30,775 nt of DNA from Terrimicrobiaceae bacterium (GTDB lineage Bacteria; Verrucomicrobiota; Verrucomicrobiia; Chthoniobacterales; Terrimicrobiaceae). Below are positions 24,924 through 30,775 of the stretch, piece by piece. The notes under the pieces are model-generated. The model was not told the origin of the DNA. It saw nothing but the letters and a program-made list of their open reading frames with translations, and did not search any database. The first letter of the stretch is position 1. The number at the start of each line of letters is the position of its first letter. The position numbers were made by a program, and so were the translations under genes. The stretch spans positions 1 through 30,775 of the forward strand of contig JBIIPZ010000035.1 of NCBI GenBank assembly GCA_044342325.1, written 5' to 3'.

Positions 24924-26102
24924 ATGACTGCTACAGACCATCCCAAATCATCGAAACGGTTCCGCTCGTTTCGCCGGATGGCGTTTGCCTGCTTGCTTGC
25001 AGCGTCATTCCCTGCGCGGGCGGTTGAGCTTTCGATTCCTGCCGGTGGAACATTTGATCCTTTCCTCCTTGCCTTGAAACCAGGTGTGCAAATGAGTCCC
25101 CTCCCCGCTTGGATGGAGGGGCCAGCTTCCATCAGGCCAGAGGCGGGGCATGTGGAAATTCCGATTTCTCCGCTCTGGAAGGAAGCCAGCGTGGAAATGT
25201 ATGCCGTCACGGTGGTCTTCGAAGACACAGGAGATGGAGGCCCTGCGCTGGAATGGAAACACGGCGAGGAAATATCGACCATCTCGAACGGTCTCGGCGA
25301 GGTCGGGAATCCTGTGGGGTTGAATTCGCGCACCGTTTTGCTGCCGCAGTCGCTGACGAAGGATGGTGGCACGCTGGTGATTTCGTATGTTGGAAAATTC
25401 GACTCCTTGCTGAGTCTCGCCGTGAGACCTGCCAGGCTTGATGAAACCGCTGTGCTTGGCGGCAGGCGCACGGCGGCACTCATCGATGATTCCTTTCAAG
25501 CTTATGACGACCGCGAAGTCAGTGGCGCGCGGCCGGTGCCGCTGACTGGTGATGTAAGGGTCGGCACGATTGTCGAAGCCGAATTGTCCGCAGCGGTCGA
25601 ACCACTCAATCAAGCCATCGAATTTGTGGCACCAGTGGATGGAATTGTGGAAGGTGCGGTGATTCATCTCGAGGCATTGGGCCTCGACCCAGAAGCCGAG
25701 CTGCGTGTTTCCATCAATGCAACGCCAGCGGGTCAGATATCGTTCCCTTCGTTCGCACTGGACGATCCCTCGCTCGTCACAGACTGGAATGGACGATTGC
25801 TGCTTGCCGGTTGGCGCAAAGGCTCGCTCTTCGTTTCAGCCCGCCATTTTAAGCAGTGAGAAAACACAATAAGCATCGATTTGAAGCGATCCGAGGGCGA
25901 GACCGGACGGGAGGTTTTTCTAAGAAACAGTTCGCTTCACCTCCGGTTCACCCCGCCTGCTTTTTCGGCGTCTCCACAGCCGACACCTACTGGCAATCCC
26001 GCCGAGGTCACCTTGAAAGACGCTCCTCCAGCAGTAGATTTTCAGGCCATTGATCCGATTCTGCCCGGCGAGGACGGCTCCGAACCTCCGATGACACGCT
26101 AA
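24924..26102 (+). pseudogene. Secreted hypothetical protein interrupted by an in-frame TGA at 25857-25859
   Basis: Signal-peptide-like RRMAFACLLAASFPARA; the frame continues after the stop (FKQ*ENTISIDL...) to TAA at 26102, 4 nt before the next gene. Confidence 0.7.
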
Positions 26103-26106
26103 TTTC

Positions 26107-28119
26107 ATGTCCTTTCGCTCAATCATTATTGCCATCATAGTCACCTTGATCGTTGCAAAGTCCGCAGTGGTGACATGGGTGATATTCAATGCAACAAATT
26201 CAGCTGTGCAGGAATTGGCTCTGGGCCAGATTAATGCATCCCTCGACTCGGTTGCCGAGCAGATTGAGAGCCTTTTTGAACCCTGCGAAAGAATCCTCTT
26301 TTCACTGACTGATAAATTCCGTGCCGGAGACATCCCTCTCAACGATCCCAAGGAAATGGCGACGGAATTAGCAACGCTCCTTGCGTTTGAAAAGGGAATC
26401 ACATGGGTCAACTTTGGATTTGCCGATGGGAGCTTCGCTGGCGCTCAGAGCAAAGATGGCAAAATTTCAATCCGAGTCTCAAATATTCAAGATGGCAAAG
26501 CGGAGTCTTGGGATATCAACCCCCATGGTTCGCTGGAAAATGAGCGTCTCGAAAAGACATTTGAAGGCTTTGACGCACGGACGAGGCCTTGGTTTCAAGC
26601 AGCACAGGCTAAAAGCGGCCTGGCATGGACGAAGCCATATGATTTTGTGGGAGGCGGCCGGGGAATAAGCTGCTCCCTCGCCTACAGAGATAAGGAACAG
26701 AGATTGATCGGCGTTTTGGCGATAGATTTCAGCTTGGAGGAAATCACAAAATACCTCACGGAGCTTCAGCAGAGTTCGACATGTGAGGCTATTGTCTTCC
26801 TCGAGGATGGCCAATTACTAGCGCCACAGAAAACCAAACACGCCCAATCCCTCGTTTCAAAAGTCATGTCTCTTCTGGCTGACGAACGAAAGAAAGATGA
26901 TCTTTTCAATGGCACTGGACACATCGTCGAGGAGTTCTCATTGAATGGGCAAAGTCTCATCCTCGGCCTCCGCCTGACACAGGTCGCAGGGGGTGTGAAA
27001 TGCTTGAGCGCGGTGGTTTTCAACCGCCATAAAACTTTTGGCTCGGTTGAGAAATCTTTGCGGAGTAGCGCCATTCTTTCAGCAGTGGCATTGGTGGTTA
27101 CGCTCATTCTCGCAACAATTGTCGCCAAGCGCGTCAGCAATCCTCTGCAGAGCCTCACGAGCGAGGTCTCCAGGATCGGTCGCTTTGAGATGGACTCCAT
27201 ACAGCTGCCCAAATCATTCATCCGCGAAATTCGCGTGCTTTCGGAATCCATCGCCCGAATGCGCGACAGCCTGAAGTCTTTTTCCAAGTATGTGCCCATC
27301 CACATCGTGCGCGACTTGGTCAAGACGGGCGGCGTGGCCTCGCTTGGCGGCGAGAAACGCCTCATCACGGTGCTTTTTTGCGATATCGAGGGTTTTACCG
27401 GCTATGCCGAAAAAGTTACTCCGGAGAAGGCGGTGGATACACTCACTGGCTACTTTGAGGTGTTTGGCGATGCCATCCACAAGGAGGATGGAGTCATCGA
27501 TAAATTTCTCGGCGACGGCTTGATGGCTCTTTTCAATGCCCCTGCTCCCCTCGCCTTGCATGCCCGGGCGGCCTGTCGAACTGCTATCGAGGCTCAGCAA
27601 CAACTTCTCCAGCGTGCGAACCAGGGATGGAACCTCAAAGTGAGAATCGGTCTGCACACAAGCGAGGCATTGGTTGGCAATGTCGGAACGGCGCAGCGCT
27701 TCAGCTACACTGCGATCGGCGATGGCGTGAACCTCTGCAGCCGCTTGGAGGGACTCAATAAAATCTATGGCACGCGCATCATTGTGAGCTCGGACACCGT
27801 CGACGCTGCTAGTTGCACTGATTTTGCGTGGCGCAAACTGGATCGTGTAGCCGTAGTCGGACGCACAGAACCGCTCGAAATCTACGAACTGCTTGGGATG
27901 AAGAAGGAGATTCCGAAGGAACTCATTCAGATTGCTGAAACCTACACCCGGGCGCTGGAACATTACTTCCGCCGCGATTTTGAAGAGGCTCTTGCACTAC
28001 TGAAGGGAATTTCAGAAATCGATTCGCCCGCCCGCTTCTTGCTCAAACGCATTGTCGACCTTCAGAACCTCCCGCTTGCCAGCACTTGGGACGGGGTTTT
28101 CCAAGCGACGAGCAAATAG
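26107..28119 (+). CDS. Membrane class III adenylate/guanylate cyclase with Cache and HAMP domains
   Basis: Two TM segments, Cache motifs FDARTRPWF/WTKPY, HAMP, catalytic FCDIEGFT, DKFLGDG, GDGVNLCSRLEG. Confidence 0.93.
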   Translation: MSFRSIIIAIIVTLIVAKSAVVTWVIFNATNSAVQELALGQINASLDSVAEQIESLFEPCERILFSLTDKFRAGDIPLNDPKEMATELATLLAFEKGITWVNFGFADGSFAGAQSKDGKISIRVSNIQDGKAESWDINPHGSLENERLEKTFEGFDARTRPWFQAAQAKSGLAWTKPYDFVGGGRGISCSLAYRDKEQRLIGVLAIDFSLEEITKYLTELQQSSTCEAIVFLEDGQLLAPQKTKHAQSLVSKVMSLLADERKKDDLFNGTGHIVEEFSLNGQSLILGLRLTQVAGGVKCLSAVVFNRHKTFGSVEKSLRSSAILSAVALVVTLILATIVAKRVSNPLQSLTSEVSRIGRFEMDSIQLPKSFIREIRVLSESIARMRDSLKSFSKYVPIHIVRDLVKTGGVASLGGEKRLITVLFCDIEGFTGYAEKVTPEKAVDTLTGYFEVFGDAIHKEDGVIDKFLGDGLMALFNAPAPLALHARAACRTAIEAQQQLLQRANQGWNLKVRIGLHTSEALVGNVGTAQRFSYTAIGDGVNLCSRLEGLNKIYGTRIIVSSDTVDAASCTDFAWRKLDRVAVVGRTEPLEIYELLGMKKEIPKELIQIAETYTRALEHYFRRDFEEALALLKGISEIDSPARFLLKRIVDLQNLPLASTWDGVFQATSK

Positions 28120-28150
28120 TCAAGTTGGCGTGCTTGCAGTCGCACTCAGA

Positions 28151-30448
28151 TTACTCACCCACGGGGATGCTAGGATTCCACTTGAGCCACTCGGGGCGGG
28201 GTTCGTGGTTCAGCTCAAAAGAGTCTCCACTCTTGGCTTCGGCTCCCATCGCAGTGTTATCTGGCGAGGCAAAGGCGATACGGCCATCCGGGGCCATGAT
28301 GGATTCGGTTTGGATACGGAATTGCAAGAAGCCGAGCGAGGCTTTGAGACCGCTCGAGTCCCAGAATTTCGAGTTCGACCGCACAAGATGGCGATATTTT
28401 TTCTCCACAACAATAGTCAGCATGATCTGGCGACCATCGGATGAAAGCGACTTCGCAGTGACACGTCCCACATTGATGCCACGGTAGTAGACGGAGGATC
28501 CGGCATTGATGGGCGTGGAATCTGAGAGGAGGTTAAGAGTCAGGCCACTTTGGAGTATTTCCTCAGCATCGATGGTCGAGCGCCCTGTAAAAGAATCCGC
28601 GAGTCGCTTCGAGGAACCGGGTGTGCACTCGATGTAAACACCGCTGATGAGCGTTTCGAGGCCAGTGATGCCCTGAAGGGAAATATTCGGGCGGACGATC
28701 GAGAAGAACGAATCCTCCCGGCGAAGAAATTCATAACCTTGGTTGAGGCGGGCTGTAACAACGACGCGACCCTCGGCTGTTTCCACACCATGCACCACGC
28801 CAACAGGAACGCCGAGGTAGCGGAGTTCCGTCTGACCCGGGGCTAGTCCCCTGCCATTGATGAACCGGATTTTAATCGGAGCTGAGAGGGCTCTGGCGTT
28901 CACCTCATCGTCATAGAGAGCAAAGTTGGCATTCTGCGAAGCCGTCTTGGTGCGGGGTGTGAAAGTGTCAAAAGCAACCGCGCCTTGCATGAGGCCTTGA
29001 AGACCATTGACATCAAATTGCAGGAATCCGGGCCCCGCTTTGATGGAGGTCGCCGGAACGCGCCAGAACCGGGCGTCGGCATCCAACGCATTACGAAACT
29101 CTGGGCGAATCACTCCATGGAGGACGGGCTTTTCGCCGGCATCGAGTTTCTTTTCCAGGATCGAGCCTACAACGACTCCCTTGTAGAGAACCGGGGTCCC
29201 CTTGCCCATCGGCGGCAGGTTTTCAGCAGAAAGAGTGAATGCCAGGCCTTGGCGTTCGGCTTGAAGGCGCTCCCACTCCTCGTTGGTCACTGATCGACCG
29301 GCGAAGAGGTCGGTGTGAGTGCCACCGGTGCCGGGAGCGAGTTCGATGTAAACTCCGGTAACGAGTGTATCGAGGCCGGTCACGCCTTGGAGGGAAACAT
29401 GTGGGCGCACGAGGGTGAAGGAAGCCGCTGTATCTGCGAGATGTTCGTATTCTGGGCTGAGGCGAACCGCTGTAAGAATGAGGCCAGTGGAGGGACTGGG
29501 CTGAATCGATTCCACAAGGCCGATTGGTTGGCCGAGGTAGCAAACCTTGGTTTCGCCCGGCGTGATTCCCCGGGCATTGTCAAAGCTCACAGTCAGGAGA
29601 CGCCCAGCGCTCCGTGCGGCGAACTCGTTTGAGGATAACTCCAGCAAAGCATCATTCGAGATTGCCATTCCATTCCTGTCGAAGTGATCAAAAGCCAGCG
29701 CGCCTTGCACCAAGGCATCAACCCCCTCCACATCGAGCTTCAAGCCATGCTGGCCAAATTTCATGGATGTCGCAGGCAAACGCCAAAACCGCGAGGTCGT
29801 GCGCAGAGTGTCGCGATACGCCTGCTCGATCATCACGCGAAGTTCGGGCATTCCATTTTCATCGATAAGTTTTTCTCGAACGAGTCCGACTTTGACTCCC
29901 CGGTGGTAGACCGGTGTGCCTCTATTCAAGAATGGAATCTGCGCACCCTTGAGTCGGATGGTGAAGGCTCCGGGAAGAAGCGGCATGAGCGGCGGTTCAG
30001 GGAGTCCCACGAAACGGGTCGCCGAATCACCACCGGGGTTACGGGCACGAATCGAGTTGCCTTGGATGATGGATTCCAGACCGGTGAGTTCCGCCAGGGT
30101 GATGACAGGTTTTTCCACCCAGAAGTCGGTCTCCTCGCTTGCTAGACCTGCCGCAAATTCCTTGAGGCGGACTTTGACGAGAACCTTGTTGAGATTTTTA
30201 TCCAACTCCACTGCGGAGACAATCCCGGCATCGACGCCGCGATAGACGAGCGGGGTTTTCCCCGCCTGAATTCCTGGCACCTCATCGAATGAGATTTCGA
30301 TTTCAGGGCCCAACGATTTGTAGTCGGTCCACAGAAACCATGCAGTGGCGGCAGCGGCGATGATCGGGAAAATCAAAACCCAGGCAACGCTGCGTTTGCG
30401 GGAGTCGCTGATGACTCCATGGTCGTGTTGTTCGTTCTGATTCGTCAT
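28151..30448 (-). CDS. PqiB/LetB(YebT)-like MCE lipid transport protein with six MCE domains
   Basis: N-terminal TM; six repeats of G.T.V.Y(R/K/L)GV.VG with FW/F..V.P motifs. Confidence 0.9.
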   Translation of the reverse strand: MTNQNEQHDHGVISDSRKRSVAWVLIFPIIAAAATAWFLWTDYKSLGPEIEISFDEVPGIQAGKTPLVYRGVDAGIVSAVELDKNLNKVLVKVRLKEFAAGLASEETDFWVEKPVITLAELTGLESIIQGNSIRARNPGGDSATRFVGLPEPPLMPLLPGAFTIRLKGAQIPFLNRGTPVYHRGVKVGLVREKLIDENGMPELRVMIEQAYRDTLRTTSRFWRLPATSMKFGQHGLKLDVEGVDALVQGALAFDHFDRNGMAISNDALLELSSNEFAARSAGRLLTVSFDNARGITPGETKVCYLGQPIGLVESIQPSPSTGLILTAVRLSPEYEHLADTAASFTLVRPHVSLQGVTGLDTLVTGVYIELAPGTGGTHTDLFAGRSVTNEEWERLQAERQGLAFTLSAENLPPMGKGTPVLYKGVVVGSILEKKLDAGEKPVLHGVIRPEFRNALDADARFWRVPATSIKAGPGFLQFDVNGLQGLMQGAVAFDTFTPRTKTASQNANFALYDDEVNARALSAPIKIRFINGRGLAPGQTELRYLGVPVGVVHGVETAEGRVVVTARLNQGYEFLRREDSFFSIVRPNISLQGITGLETLISGVYIECTPGSSKRLADSFTGRSTIDAEEILQSGLTLNLLSDSTPINAGSSVYYRGINVGRVTAKSLSSDGRQIMLTIVVEKKYRHLVRSNSKFWDSSGLKASLGFLQFRIQTESIMAPDGRIAFASPDNTAMGAEAKSGDSFELNHEPRPEWLKWNPSIPVGE

Positions 30449-30775
30449 TGGGATTTTGGCAATGGCTGCCGCCAGATCATGTGAGTCTTATAGATATCCG
30501 CTGCGTAGAGCGTGCAAATAATCATGACTGCAAAAAAAAGTGCACCAACCTCGGCTTGCACGCTGGCTAGAATCCCAAGCTGCCCGACGGCAACGAGGAT
30601 TGAAAGAAGGAAGACATCAATCATCGCCCAGGTGCCTATGCGCGTGAGAAATGCGTGAACCTTCATGCGACGGGATTGGGAAATTTCTGACCCGTGTAAG
30701 CTCAGCAACCAGGAAAGCGATACGAGTTTCACAGCGGGCACAACGACGCTTGCCAGAAAAACCACAACTGCCACG
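30445..30775 (-). CDS. pqiA: Paraquat-inducible protein A family (PqiA/LetA), 3' part; start lies outside the window
   Basis: FLASVVVPAVKL and IG.WAMIDVFLLSILVA motifs; 4-nt overlap with the MCE gene. Confidence 0.88.
   Translation of the reverse strand, partial: VAVVVFLASVVVPAVKLVSLSWLLSLHGSEISQSRRMKVHAFLTRIGTWAMIDVFLLSILVAVGQLGILASVQAEVGALFFAVMIICTLYAADIYKTHMIWRQPLPKSQ

Noticed and set aside
23835..28119. LOG protein plus nucleotide cyclase as a nucleotide-signalling defence system
   Set aside because: Both have ordinary architectures (stand-alone LOG; Cache-HAMP membrane sensor cyclase), are divergently oriented, have no effector partner and lie outside the repeat-bounded region.

Overview
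The window is a bacterial defence island flanked by housekeeping genes. Its core is a complete type 1 BREX operon: brxA-brxB-brxC-pglX-[insert]-pglZ-brxL. Between pglX and pglZ sits a four-gene insert: an XRE-HTH/ImmA-IrrE Zn-peptidase plus a PIN nuclease (RosmerTA-like), and an AAA_21 ATPase plus a RloB-like protein (AbiL/RloAB-like). BrxL ends in a MIT_C/PLD-like domain rather than a Lon protease domain. Upstream, a good sigma70 promoter leads into a chain of overlapping small ORFs (13-aa mini-ORF, DUF4236 protein, 96-aa unknown, 23-aa mini-ORF) that runs straight into brxA, and a 21-bp tandem array precedes the promoter. Downstream are an AT-rich gene pair (unknown plus degenerate ASCH), an M28 peptidase, and a cluster of TA modules and gene fragments (DUF2281-PemK/MazF, a tyrosine-phosphatase remnant, a RelB/DinJ remnant, UPF0175-DUF3368) bracketed by REP-like hairpin repeats. 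The window ends with a LOG-family gene, a secreted-protein gene with an in-frame TGA, a Cache/HAMP class III nucleotide cyclase, a six-MCE PqiB/LetB-like gene and a partial pqiA. All family calls come from motif recognition by eye; no database searches were run. The gene and repeat style is suggestive of Verrucomicrobiota (inference only).
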